Assembly: GCF_964355755.1 (NCBI RefSeq)
Contig: NC_092673.1
Span: forward strand, 19,403,648-19,467,647
Reading direction: 5' to 3'
Source of the DNA: Antedon mediterranea
Taxonomy: Eukaryota; Animalia; Echinodermata
Length of the DNA: 64,000 nucleotides
Shown here: positions 1-13,390 of the stretch, piece by piece
How positions within the stretch are numbered: the first letter of the stretch is position 1
Layout: each line of letters opens with the position of its first letter
The notes under the pieces: model-generated
Seen by the model: the letters and a program-made list of their open reading frames with translations, nothing else
What the model was told of the DNA's origin: nothing
Databases searched by the model: none
Program-made: the position numbers and the translations under genes

Positions 1-466
1 TTAATACCATTGCTGTTAGAAGTGCGTCACTAAGTGTTTCTTTTGCTCTTTGTAATGATGTGATAATCTTTTCCACTCTGATAATAAACGACGTGCAGTC
101 CTCCTCACCCATTTCGAGTGTTGTTAGTTTGGTGTAAAGTTGCACCACTTTTGGTTTAGATTTGCTAGAATATTCGGTTCTTAAAATAGACAGAGCTTTT
201 CTCCCGTCATCAGTTGCATCGTTAATGATCAACGATAATGACTTGTCGTCCAGGAATTGTATCAGCTCCGAATACGCCTTTTCATTTTTATGGTTGTCAT
301 CGTCGGTGGCTGGCTCCGGCTGTGTAGACGTAATCGTGCTTTTTAACGCTGGTTTTAGTGTGTTTAGGTACCCTAGAAATTTTACTTCCCAAAGTTCATA
401 TTTTTCTTCATCTCCGTTAAAAAGCAATCTTTGAAAACGGCTGGGCCCATAACCTGTTGAATCCAT
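1..466 (-). CDS. Ty1/Copia gag N-terminus (runs off the window start)
   Basis: The minus-strand frame from ATG at 466 reads MDSTGYGPSRFQRLLFNGDEEKYELWEVKFLGYL...AYSELIQFLDDKSLSLII...DGRKALSILR..., resembling Copia gag (UBN2-type). It lies next to an LTR and PBS. Confidence 0.85.
   Translation of the reverse strand, partial: MDSTGYGPSRFQRLLFNGDEEKYELWEVKFLGYLNTLKPALKSTITSTQPEPATDDDNHKNEKAYSELIQFLDDKSLSLIINDATDDGRKALSILRTEYSSKSKPKVVQLYTKLTTLEMGEEDCTSFIIRVEKIITSLQRAKETLSDALLTAMVL
441..454 (-). promoter_or_regulatory. Copia primer-binding site GGTTATGGGCCCAG
   Basis: Lies immediately after the LTR end (...CAACA) and matches the copia-type PBS complementary to an internal region of initiator tRNA-Met. 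Confidence 0.85.
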
Positions 467-698
467 TGTAACCTGGAATCGGGAATATATAGAAATAATA
501 ATACAGAAACTACGGAAACTAAGAGCAAAGTGTGTTTTATTTATCATCTCACGAGGTTTCACCACAAAAAGAGACCCGCGAATAATGACAGTATGGCACG
601 TCAAAGGTGCATTATATATGGGGGGATAACTTAACAGCCTAGAGGACTAAACAATTAATAAACAAAACAACTTGGCAACACGATTTCATATTTCAACA
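455..698 (-). mobile_element. Copia 5' LTR (244 bp)
   Basis: Bounded by TGTTGAA (455) and TTCAACA (698) inverted ends and abuts the PBS. Confidence 0.8.
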
Positions 699-1600
699 GT
701 CTCGATCGTACATTCAGCACTGTACGTACTCGATCTTTTTCATTTTGAAACAAAATGATCATTGGTTGATTCGAAATCCATATTTACATACCGCCCGCCC
801 CATAAAGCCAAATACGGTATGATAACCTACGTCATTCTTATTGGATGTTTGCGGTCTGCAAATCGATTTCTATACGTGTTTCACAAGTCTGTATTTTCAG
901 ACAAAAATCGCGGTCGAAATAAAAACAAATAAATAAAAATAAAAAACAATACAGACTTGGGGCAAGTCTATAAAAGTAGATGCATTCCACTGAATTTTTA
1001 ACCCTCTATTATAGTTGCTCTTTTGGCGCTCCATAGAAATGAAAATATTGAACTTCGTGTATGCGAAATTCGTGAACGGTGTGCGAGAAACAAGTCTGTA
1101 AAAATCATTAAAAAAAACAAAGAAAAAAAAAGATTTATTTGTTACTTTTTATGTGATTCTTCTTCATAAAAGTACTTATGAGGCCCAATTCTAAGGTGTG
1201 GTATTCACAATAAGTTACTTAATACATTTTGAGTCGAAAGCAAGTCGAAATAAAACAGGTGCGAAACGGAACTAGCGCCTAACCTTCTATCTAGGCCTAC
1301 TAATCTAGACTAACTAATCTAGACTAGACTAGTTAGGGGTGCAATAGACGGTTGATCAGGACCACAGACGATCATGCCCAGGGGAGCCCAATAATGTTGT
1401 AAGACGATTGATTGGGACAAGAGACAATCGGGCACAAAATAAAAATATATGGTCTAAATGACTCTCACAACTCAAATCAATAAACAATATTTGTGCTACC
1501 GAAGCCATCTTGCAGAGATGACAAACAGTCGTGACCAGCTGAACGTAAAAACGGAGAATATATATATCACAAGAATGAGTAATCTGCGATTTTTGGAGCG

Positions 1601-4600
1601 GGGTTGGTGAAATCTGTCCATAATAGGTTACTTTTCTGTCCATAATAGGTTACTTTCTGTCCATAATAGGGACTAGAGGGCGCTGTTGTTTGTCCATAAT
1701 AGGTGACTTTCATAATTGGCTGTCCAAAATAGGTGACTTTTTGTCCACAATAGGCGAGTTTATTGGAGTAGTGCGCCATCCATTGTGTTGTCCATAATAG
1801 GTGATTTTTTTGGCGTACTCGTATACGTAGTTTATTTCGCGAGTAGAAGTAATACTAATTTGCTTTCTGTTCAGACTTCGAGGCTGCCTAGGAGGCCTAA
1901 TTAGTATATAAATATTTAAGGCTTTCTAGCCTAGGCCTAGCTAGGCTAGTCCTGTTAGTTAGGCTACCTCTATAGGCCTACTAGTACTACTAGCCTAGGC
2001 CTAGTCCATTTGTTATTGTCCACTAATAATAATGAAATGTGAAATTTATTCAACAACAAATAATTTAATTTGAACTTCATTTTAGGTTTGATAGTACGGA
2101 CAGACATTACGCAACTTACCATACTATTGCAAGTTTAAATAAATCACCAAACCCACACGTTCTTTTACAAAAATAAAAAATACCCCATAATACTCTAATA
2201 ATAATATTGATAAAGTTTTATTTTTTTAAGATAATGAAAATGTAAACTGTTATTTTTATAAATGCATTGGTGTTTCAATGTATATTGTTGTATTTTTTTT
2301 TCCTTGGACTTATTTTGTTTTGTTAACAGTAATAATAAAAATCAATTTAATATTGAAAAAGACATCACAGTTCAGCACTTCATTTCGTCATTTTAGGTCC
2401 TCCCCTATTTCAAAATTCTGGATCCACATAGCTCAATGACAAACCAAAGTGTATCAACAGCAGCACATCTCATCCATTTATTATATTGTTTAATTAAATG
2501 AATCAATTTTAATGTTTAATAATAAGAAATACGACAACACCTTTGTTCTGTATTCAGAACAGTTTATTCAAAATCTCAATCACATTTAAAAAATACTGAA
2601 TTATATTAATTTTAAAAGTGTAAAAACATGGTTAAACTACAATTTAAAAAATAGCAAGGATAAATAAAAACCATAATTATTATGTTTATTACTATAATTA
2701 TTGATCGATGATTATGATAAAAAATAATATGTTGAAGTGATGTACTTTTTCATTTCAGCAGCATACTGTATATGAGCAGAATATCAAACATCTGTATGCC
2801 TATAATAAAAAAAAAAGGAAGCATTTAAATACTATAATAATGTTTAAGTATTTTATAATGCAAGTAACTTCAATCTTAGTAATGCTGAGACAAATTTTCA
2901 TGTTGTATGGTGGGAAACAGTATGGTGGGAAACAGTTATGTTTAAATATTTTATTGCATTTAAAAAAAGATATGTAGGATTGTTTTACTAAATTTAAGTT
3001 TATACCAGTTGTTAGAGTCAATTATTACCATACTCACTATATGAAAACTGATATTAAATGTTTTAAAGACAAATGCTTTATTGAATGAATGCTTTAATAA
3101 TATAACATTCAATTAAATTTTGAAATATTTTCTGCATGAATTTGTTAGTGGATTTATCTATTCTTTTTACTGTGATTGTAATGTTTATAATGAATGGAAA
3201 AAAAAATATCTACTTTTAATTTCTTAGCAATTCAAATGAATAGAATATTTCAAATCAGAATGTTAAAAATTAATTTTCATGTATTGTCAGTTTTTCTACT
3301 ACGGTACTGATAAAATTCAGTTTGTCTCTCTGAAAATGTTTGACTAAATTGTATCCTTTTCCGAAGATTACTTTTGCAAACAAATACTTTTTCTAAATAG
3401 GCTTCTTCTTGGGATTTTACAGTATCTTGGTCATATTGAAAAATGTCCTAAAAGATGTAGGCCTAGTGGGTTGTATGTAAAGTATTATTCTTCAATTGTA
3501 AGTTGGGCCTATCTGTTACTTACCCTAGTTAATGTCCATGCTACTGTACTATAACATTGATCAGAAGATACACTGTACACAATCTTTGATACATGCAAAA
3601 AATATGGAAAAATTGAGATTTAAATAGATGACATAATTAATAACATACAGTAACAATAGCTCTGGCTCTACTATACTGCCAACCTACTAACTGTCCGAAC
3701 TGTCTGGATAAGACTCATTCATTCAAAAAATAATTAAAAAAAACAAAAATTTAAATAGGTCAATCTAGCAATCTAGATGTCTGTGATTTGAAGACAAACT
3801 ACCAATAGGTCTAGTAGACTAGGCTAGTAGTAGCTGATTTCGGTCTTCAAAGTATATAGTAGTGGGCGGTGGTGGCAGTGGTATTAGTAAAAGACTGTAT
3901 AGTGACTAGTCCGTCAGACCTGACCTGCAGTTAGGCAGTATAGTTACGAGTAGGCCTAGGCCCTAGTCTGTAAAATATTCATATTAAAAAAATAAAATAA
4001 TAAAAAAACAGATGAGGATAGGCCTAGTTGTTTGTAGTAGGAAACCTATCTACCTAATATGAGCCCATGTCATTTGTATTCCTCCCCTGCTGTAGTGTAA
4101 GGTAGGCCTAGAAAAAAAAAAGCTCACATTTCATTAGTGGACAATAACAAATGGACTCCAGCGAAGCTAGTAGGCCTAGGCCTAGTAGTACTAGGCCTGA
4201 CTGAGGTAGCCTAACTAAAACAGGACTAGGGCCTAGCCTAGGCTAGGCCTAGAGGCTAGAGAGACTTAAATAATTATACTAATTAGGCCTAGGGCCTAGG
4301 CCTCCTACTATCTAGGCCTAGGTAGCCTCGAAGTCTGAAGAGAAAGCAAATTAGTATTAACTAATAATACTATTACTTCTACTCGCGAAATAAACTACGT
4401 ATGTACGATCGAGTACGCCAACAAAATCACCTATTATGGACAACACAATGGATGGCGCACTACTCCAATAAAGTCGCCTATTGTGGACAAAAAGTCGCCT
4501 ATTTTGGACAGCCAATTATGAAAGTTACCTATTATGGACAAACAACAGCGCCCTCTAGTCCCTATTATGGACAGAAAGTAACCTATTATGGACAGAAAAG

Positions 4601-4630
4601 TAACCTATTATGGACAGATTTCACCAACCC
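1601..4630. mobile_element. Non-autonomous foldback/TIR DNA transposon with ~450-500 bp TIRs
   Basis: 1601-~2040 is the reverse complement of ~4130-4630 (GGGTTGGTGAAATCTGTCC... / ...GGACAGATTTCACCAACCC), with repeated CCTATTATGGACA subterminal motifs. No clear TSD and no transposase ORF. Confidence 0.8.
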
Positions 4631-6549
4631 TATTGGATTTTTGCATTAGAAATTTGTAACAGAGCATAGATGCCCGCCCTCATGAGGGCGGATATATACA
4701 GACTAAAGAAGACTTGATTTGACAGATATTATGTCATATTAAATAGAATTATGATAATACTAGATGGCACGCTCGCTTCGCTCGCGTACCATCTAGGTCG
4801 TGCCCACAGATGGTTCTCGAATACACAGTATTTTCTAGCGAGAAAAAAATGGAGATTTCAAATGTACGTACTGCAGGACTATAATACATGTCGTTTACAG
4901 AAACGAATAAATATACACGATGATTTTTGTAGTCAGCTAAAATTAGCACCCTGGGAATTACTTCCGAGAGAGAAACAAAATGCTTCAAATTTTTTTATTT
5001 GGACTCATTTAAACAAACCCAATTTGTGTTTTGTATGTAACATTAAGGGTTGAGGGATGGGGAAGAAGATAGGTACAAAGAGGAAACATTTTAAAATATA
5101 TTCTTATCCACTCAGTAACGAAATATTGTTTTTAATGTTTTATAGGCCTATAAATAATATACCACTAAATACAGTAAAACATTTACGATTTAATACTTTG
5201 TTAAAACTCTCACTGTCATAGTCGATTGAAATAGTAAAGTACATGTAACGATACACCACTACGTACGTTTATATATTTTTAAATTATTAATTAATACAAA
5301 CGTTGAGAAGCAACTGTCAGTAATAACGTTTATTTATTTGTATATTATATGTTTATAATCTAACAGTAGGGCCTACCCACACTCACAGTAATAAAGTTTA
5401 TTTGTATATTTGTTTATATTATATCTAACAGTACCAACACTCACAGTAAGAAATTTGCGATTCAAATTGCGATCAAAAGTGGTTAATACCTTAACAGTAT
5501 TGTACAGCATTGCAATACTATTTATGTTTATTCTCCAAGGGGGCCCATAAATCTAAATCTATACCTCTATGGTTAAACCAAATAATTTGGAATGTTCCAT
5601 TCATCACAAATCAATACATTTGTAAAAACGTATATTACATGTATCAAAATAGCATTTTTTCAAGAAAATCGGCCTGTCTTCAACATTATGATGCTGTACT
5701 CGAACTGTTCAACCGGTTTTCAGCTATTAAAAACAATTATCGTAGGAGGAGATAGGAAAATGCGAAGTGTCCTCGTATTATTGTGTGCGGGTATTTTTCA
5801 AATTGACATCCATTAGACAGTGTATACCATGATCGGAAAACACCCCTATTTGGGGCAAATCGTTGAACCTAAATTCGTTTTAATCGTCAATAACTAATTA
5901 TCGAACTCAATTTAATTAGTAAACAGGGTTACATCAGGTGGTTAAAATTAGTACCGAAAGTACGAACCAACTTTATATACCATCGAGTAAACATTCTAGA
6001 AATAACGCACGATTTACCGATTTTTGCCTTTACGTAAATTTATATATAGATTAATATATATAAATTTTATTTCTATTGCTACATTGTCATTGTATTTTGT
6101 GAGGGTCCCTAGTGATCAGCTTCGGCTGGATGGACCACCCTCATAAAATATTGTTGAAATAAAAATAAATAAATAAAACATTTTATAAAACATATTTAAT
6201 AACAAACTAGTGTACATTCACTTCTACAGAAAATTATTAAATTAGTTCACAAAGAAAGACCAAATCACAACAACAAACATCAACCTAGCGTTACTCAGCA
6301 TGGTCTATTCTTTGCCGCATAATAATCTACGCCCGGTAAATTAAGTAATGTTTTTAAGATATAAATATTACATTTAATTAATATTTATTTTTTCTACACA
6401 TAGATATATTATTAAACTATCCTTCGTGAAAACATGTCAACAACAACGTGCTTTTTATTCGGCAGTTTGTACTAAATAAATTGCATAAAACAAACAATTA
6501 AATATCCAAATAGCATTTAATATGATGTTAGCTGATAACATTTTTAAAC

Positions 6550-6800
6550 AAATTGTATAACAGGAACTCAATAATCAAAACAAACAAATCATTAATAACA
6601 ATGTTAATATTAAATCTATGGTAAAGATTATCTATAACAAATTATATAACAGGAACTCAATAACCAAAACAAATTAATCATTAATAACAATGTTAATATT
6701 AAATCTATGGTAAAGATTATCTATAACAAATTATATAACAGGAACTCAATAACCAAAACAAATTAATCAGTAATAACAATGTTAATATTAAATCTACGGT
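6550..6800. repeat. ~90-bp tandem repeat (about 3 copies), resuming at 10441-10530
   Basis: Unit TATAACAGGAACTCAATAACCAAAAC...AATCTATGGTAAAGATTATC is repeated and interrupted by the 6797-10440 insertion. Confidence 0.75.
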
Positions 6801-7393
6801 ATGGCGGCCATCTTGATTTCAAAATGGCCACCATAAAAACAAAAAATGTTCATATCTTGGCAACTATACACATTAGAGACTTAATTATGGTCTCAAATTG
6901 TTCACAAACTATATATTTCTATTTGCTCTAATGAAGATTTTCGTCCAAAAATGACCGGAAATGACGTTTCTTTCAGTTTGACCTTTGACCTTGTATTTGT
7001 ATATCTCTGTAAAACTACTGGTCATTTTCAATCGATTTTGGTGTCATTTTGTTCAGAATAAATACATTTATATTTGTAGTAATGAAACATTTTCACATAA
7101 AATGACCGGAAATACAATTTATGACCTTTGACATTTATTTATTGATTTTTAATTAGGTGAATATACTGTATGTGGTTTTTGTTGGTCTTTGAACTTTGAC
7201 CTGATAGGCGTAATTATATTAAATGATTAATGGACTTAAATTGTATATAGTACATAAAATTGGTAAACATTGTGCTTGGTGGTACCATTAGTTCAATGAT
7301 GTTGGCACCTTCTGATTCGCTAAAAGTTTTAATAGTTTGACAGAGGAAATAACATACATGTTATGGAATACCGTAAAACCTCGAAAAGGTGAT

Positions 7394-7906
7394 TGTCATA
7401 TTATTATGTTGTGATTCTCTCTGTTTAGAGAAGGATGCTTTAGACCAGGTCCGCCTTATTATTAGCCAATCAAAATTGTATAATTTTTGGAGGGAAAATG
7501 TTATCCTCCTCTGAAGCCTAAAATTTGCATGTCCAGTATAAAAGTGGAATGTAATAGATATTAAGGGGAGAAGAGAGAATAAGATCAGAGTAGATAAAGA
7601 GAAGAGAGAATAAGATCAGAGTAGATAAAGGGAAGAGAGAATAAGATCAGAGTAGATAAACGGAAAGATGATAAAGAGAATATTAAGGCTTGACTGGTAG
7701 TGGTAGAAAGATGTATTAATCGAATTACAAGGAATAAAAGTTCTAGTTGAGTTAAATATACTTTTTGTATGAGTTATCATTCAGTGACAGCTGTGTACGT
7801 CGCGTGGAAATATATACGCCTGAGAAAGCTCGGAACGACAGCTGTGTACGTCGAGTGGATATACGCCTGAGAAAGCTCGGAACCAACTAAACATAAATTC
7901 ACTACA
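7394..7906 (+). mobile_element. Solo LTR (513 bp)
   Basis: TG...CA ends flanked by the 5-bp TSD GTGAT (7389-7393 and 7907-7911). Internal TATAAAA (~7538), AATAAA (~7733) and short internal repeats. Confidence 0.75.
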
Positions 7907-8119
7907 GTGATAGTATGAGCTTCTTTTCGAGATAGACTGTATTTGAATGTCAAATGAACAGTATGATGATCGTGTTTATATCAATATATTATTAATGACC
8001 TTACAAAGAACCCTTTATATTTCAACAATCAAGCCTCAGTTATTCTACAATTTATTGTTTTCCAAGTGGTATTTTGATTGTATCTTCTTTTTGTATGCTT
8101 CCTCGGTTAATATGGTCCT

Positions 8120-9290
8120 ACTCCTCCTTCTTTGTCTGTATGGTCTTATACCCCATTCTTTGTCTGTGGGTGGTCTTATACCCCATTCTTTGTCTGTGGA
8201 TGGTCTTATACCCCATTCTTTGTCTGTGGATGGTCTTTTACCCCCTTCTTTGTCTGTGGATGGTCTTACACCCCCTTCTGTGCGTGTTGATGGTATTACA
8301 CCCCTTTCTTTGTGTGTGGATGGTCTTACACCCCTTTCTTTGCATGTAGATGGTCTTCCACCCCTTCTTTGTCTGTGGATGGTCCTACACTTCCTTCTTT
8401 GTCTGTGGATGGTCCTACACCCCCTTCTTTGTCTGTGGATGGTCTTATACCCCCTTCTTTGTCTGTAAGTGGTCCTATACCCTTTCTTTGTCAGTGGATG
8501 GTCTTACACCCCCTTCTTTGTCTGTGGATGGTCCTACACCCCCTTCTTTGTCTGTGGAGGGTCCTACGCCCCCTTCTTTGTCTGTGGATGGTCTTACACC
8601 CCTTTCTTTGTCTGTGGACGGTATTATACCCCCTTCTGTGCCTGTTGATGGTATTACACCCTTTGCTTTGTCTGTTGATGGTATTACACCCTTTTCTTTG
8701 TCTGTTGATGGTATTAACTATTACACCCTTTTCTTTGTCTGTGGATGGTATTACACCTCTTTTTTTGTGTGTGGATGGTATTACACCCCTTTTTTGTGTG
8801 TGGATGGTCTTACACCTTTTTCTTTGTGTGTGGATGGTCTTACACCCCTTCTCTGTCTGTGGATGGTCTTACACCCCCTTCTTTCTCTGTCGATGGTCTT
8901 ATACCCCTTCTTTGTCTGTGGATGGTCTTATACCCCCTTCTTTGTCTGTGGATGGTCCTACATCCCCTTCTTTGTCTGTGGATGGTCCTACACCCCCTTC
9001 TTTGTCTGTGGATGGTCCTACACCACCTTCTTTGTCTGTGGATGGTCTTATACCCCCTTCTTTTTCTGTGGAGGGTCCTACGCCCCCTTCTTTGTCTGTA
9101 AGTGGTTCTATACCCCCTTCTTTGTCAGTGAATGGTCTTACACCCCCTTCTTTGTCTGTGGAGGGTCCTACGCCCCCTTCTTTGTCTGTGGATGGTCTTA
9201 CACCCCTTCTTTGTCTGTGGGTGGTCTTATACCCCCTTCTTTGTCTGTGGATGGTCTTATACCCCTTCTTTGTCTGTGGATGGTCTGGAC
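8120..9290. repeat. 30-bp minisatellite (GTCTGTGGATGGTCTTATACCCCCTTCTTT)n
   Basis: About 39 degenerate copies are visible; they account for the repetitive ORFs in all frames. Confidence 0.95.
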
Positions 9291-11819
9291 CCACTACTTT
9301 GATTGATTAAATCAGACATTGTTTCTTGTATGATTAGGAGACCAAGACCTTCAAAGTGAAAGTCCACAGGTGGATGCCTAAAAAGGTCTTGTACAGAACA
9401 GTATATTGTAGGTCCATGTCACTAATTTGAGGATTACTTGAATAATTATATTGAGATGTCTTTTACGAATTGATTTGGTTCGGATTTTGCTAAAAAATCA
9501 ATGACTAGAGAAAATCGAGGAAAAGGATTCAGATGGTTTACAGCAAAGGCTCATTACCATAAAAATTGAGTACATTTGTTTAGATGCAACGAAAATGACC
9601 AAGAATTATCTGAGTTTCTGACTAATGAAAGTAGGTCTACTGTAGTAAGTACTTTGAAAGACGGTGTTCTCTTAACTCATGAAAATGAGAACTTTCCGAA
9701 CGAAAGAATGCTACTTTACATCAAAAATATTTCCAAATGGCATCTAACAATTCAATTCAACTTTTATTTCAGACAATTGTCCATATGGTATAATACATTA
9801 CAAAAAAAAAAGAAAAGATGAAGGAGAGAGGACCAAAACTTTTATATAACGATTGACACATCACAGTTTAGCAAACAAGTCGGCATGAGCTCAGTGATTG
9901 CTGTTTCTCAGTGATCTGTCATACTTTACGCCTATCCTATCACATCAAAAGTCAAAAATTCAGAATAATAAATTCCTGGTCATTTTTGCATTAAGTGTCA
10001 TTTATTTCGGTAAAACAAATTAGGTGCATTTATACCAATGTAAACCACATACAGTATGTTCACATAATTATATAGTCAAAGGTTATAAATTCGATTGAAA
10101 ATGATCAGTAGTTACTGAGATATACAGATAAGAGGTCAAAGGTCAAACTGGAAGAAACGTCATTTCCGGTCATTTTTTGACGAAACATTTCATATATGTG
10201 GTTTGTGAACAATTTAACACCAGAATCAAGTCTCTACTGTTTATAGTTGCCAAGATATGAACACTTTTTGTTTTTATGGTGGCCATTTTGAAATCAAGAT
10301 GGCCGCCATACCGGACGTTGGACACTTGGCACCCCCCGATATTTGAATCTATATACATCAAAGAAACTTTGTGGCAAGTTTCATGCTTTGGTAATAAAGT
10401 GCACAACTTGGCTATTTTTATGGCCTTAACTGCTCTACTATAATAACAATGTTAATATTAAATCTATGGTTTAAGATTATCTATAACAAATTGTATAACA
10501 GGAACTCAATAACCAAAACAAACATTAATAACAATTTCTACCCTGGTTTTCTGTATAAATGTTAATGAACTTGTTATCATCATGGGCGAAAACGTTTCCA
10601 GATTGGCGAAAACGGATCAACTGCCGTTTTGGCTCCGGAGTTTTTTTTTGGGTTATTCCATTATTAAAGTGGGGGTGTGTGGTTATGAATATTGTGTGCA
10701 TGTACGTCAATAGAAATGACATTGAGAGCCCTCTTCTGTCAGTTGACTGGTTCCCGGTCTACCGCCTTGTAATTCCAACAACTTAAGAATATACAAAATG
10801 TTTACATAATTATATAACAATGTAGATCTATCTAATAATGTTTTTATTTTTTTGCAGATAAAGGAGGATCATCAATAAAATAAAATGATAAAAATTCCAG
10901 GCATTTAATATACGGTTTACTGATAAAATATAATGTACCAATGAAATAAACCTGGTGTTCTGAAACATTATTTTAATAACTTTTGCCGGCCTAGCGCCTT
11001 TGTGTATCTAAATCTATCTAAATAATTAAGTTAGTACAGTATTAACAAATAAAGGGTTAGGGTTATGTATAATAAAATGATAGAAATGAGGCATTATCTA
11101 ATAATGTTTTTATTGATTTTTTTTCCAGTTTTTTATAGTTTTAAAATTCAAGTACCGTTTTAATAGTGTTATGTATCCTGTAAATGCTAACCTAAAAACG
11201 TTATCTGAATGTTTCTTTTTACGTTATAGAAATGTAATAAAATAACGGTTATTAGTGAACCTAAACATTAACCAAACACTAACGTTAGAAAACCACTATG
11301 TGTTTGCTGGACTGCCACAATGGAACAATAGACCTAGGCATCATGTTAAACAAAGAAATCACGTCAAAGCAGGGTGGAGACGGAATTTTAAGACAAAGGC
11401 GTTCTATACAAATGCAAATCATTCATGTATACTTTTTACAAATTTTGTTTAGTTTCTTTATTAAAAGATTTTGAAATGTTGTTATATATATAAATATTCT
11501 AATACATAGAATAGCAAAATTATCATAATACATAGGATAGCAAAAAATAAACCAAACATAACAACAACAAAATTAAATTGACAATGTATTTTTATTTAGA
11601 AATTCATTTCAATAATATAAATATTTTTTATTAAATTTCATCATTATTTACTTACAATTAATTAATTACTTAACTTACATTACAGTAACTGAATAAATGG
11701 TACATAAAATTACTAAATAATTGCACATAAAATGCAGGTTATAATAAAGACATAAGTATACATATAATGGTACAGGTTATAAATATTTAAATTACGCTTT
11801 TTAAATGTAATTATAATAA

Positions 11820-12005
11820 TTAATGATGAGAACACTTACGGTTACGAGTAGACATGTACATTGGTACATTACAGTACGAGCAATCCTTGGCAGTGGGATA
11901 AAAACCCCTTCGTTGGAAAAAGTCCAGGTAGTCATCAAATCCATTAAACAAATGTGGTCCTATCTTCGGCAGCATGGTCCTTGGTTTAAATGGCAGTAAA
12001 ATCAA
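11820..12005 (-). pseudogene. Truncated Merlin/IS1595-type transposase N-terminal zinc-ribbon remnant
   Basis: FFQRRGFYPTAKDCSYCNVPM resembles the F..G....C..C..M N-terminus of eukaryotic Merlin transposases. No DDE part is visible. Confidence 0.45.
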
Positions 12006-12706
12006 ATCGAGAACGCAGTAAAATATCGGAGTTGTATAATATAGTTGAAAGTTTTTCGAAAAATGAGTGATTTGAAGACAACTGATCTTGGTTTATATAC
12101 ATGTGCCATATTTTAGTTTGTATACATAGCTCCATGTCGGCATGAGTGATATTGTTATATGCTTTATTATGTAATATTGTAAGCTTCAATGAGACACCTT
12201 TGTGCAGCGATAAAAAAAAGTAAAACTATGCTACAGCGGTTTTTGTTTCTTAACCTGATTACATATATTTTATTAATATTTATTCTTCCCAACCATTTTT
12301 TTTTAAACTCAAAATTTGAAACACTACCGTTTAGCTTTTTCATTCAAATTGAAGATTGAATTTAATGAAATTTTATGTACTGTACTGTTTAACAAATCAA
12401 CATAACGGTACAATAGGTTATGATTATTTCAAACCAAAATAGCTAGGTTTTTAAGGACTGATTTATCTTTAAAAAACGCCTAGAAATAAAAGAGAGAGAG
12501 AGAGAGAGAATAGCAATTACGTGTTGGAATAATACAGTAGTAACGGTACAATATATAATCATTTTGGTAAAGAAAATCGAATACTAGGTTTTTTAAGGTC
12601 TGATTAAACCCAAGTGTGACGTCGTCTGGAAGCAGGAATTTAATATTCATAATTAGGTGATCATTTAGAATAAAATGATCACCTATTGTTATTGTATCAA
12701 ATCTTT

Positions 12707-13390
12707 ATTGGTTATCCGCAACGAAGTTGCTGATAACCTCTTGTGATTGTACGAAATCATCATCAACATTAACTTTTTATTTCTCTTCTTTCTTTCTGTA
12801 TGATTTTTGTGCAACGCTTTTCTCTGAAACTTGCAAACGTAACATTTTGTGAACTATGTTAACATTTTGACATTTATGTAACGTCGTCAAGCGAAGCTTA
12901 TATTAATTCATATAAAAATTAAGCTTATCGGATGTTGTGACGTTACCGTATGGCCAGTTGAAGTTAAAAAGTATTTTTTTCATCGCTTTCGTAAAAGTTA
13001 TACAATTTTTAAATAGCGCGCACCGCCCTTCTACGTGCCAAATTTTCTTCCAATTGTTATATTTTATTACTCAATTCATTATCTTTCGATATTGTTATCT
13101 TCAAGTTTATTTTGACAACGTCATCATACCAAAAAATTAGAACATGATGTGGGTCCCGTAATTTCACCTATGCTACACTGTATATAGATATACACAGTAC
13201 AGTATATACTGTACACATTGTATATGGCTGCAATAGGCACAACTCAGCACTATAAGCGTATAATAGGATGGCATACATCAACATTTTCCGATTGTATGTT
13301 AACGTAGGTGCATGTTTAAAAAATATGAATGTCAATAAAATGATAAAAATGATCACCTATAATTCGTCAAAGTGACGAATTAAATTCTAG
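12707..13390 (+). mobile_element. Non-autonomous Helitron-like element
   Basis: 5' hairpin GGTTATCCGC...GCTGATAACC; 3' hairpin AATTCGTCAAAGTGACGAATT (13361-13381) followed by CTAG (13387-13390). Confidence 0.6.

Larger units (their letters stand above)
6797..10440. mobile_element. Foldback DNA transposon derivative (possibly Academ-like), left terminus deleted
   Basis: 6797-~7040 is inverted to ~10090-10313. The right arm continues to ...TGCTCTACTA (TAG-type terminus at 10440), and the left arm lacks this terminal ~125 bp. Confidence 0.65.

Noticed and set aside
4401-4649. Paired small ORFs (with 1567-1779) encoding KVTYYGQ repeats
   Set aside because: They are translations of TIR subterminal repeats. 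The same applies to 11255-11452 and 13814-14065.
7947-9310. Long ORFs of up to 332 aa in several frames
   Set aside because: They arise from a stop-poor 30-bp minisatellite open in multiple frames and on both strands, with no splice or domain evidence.
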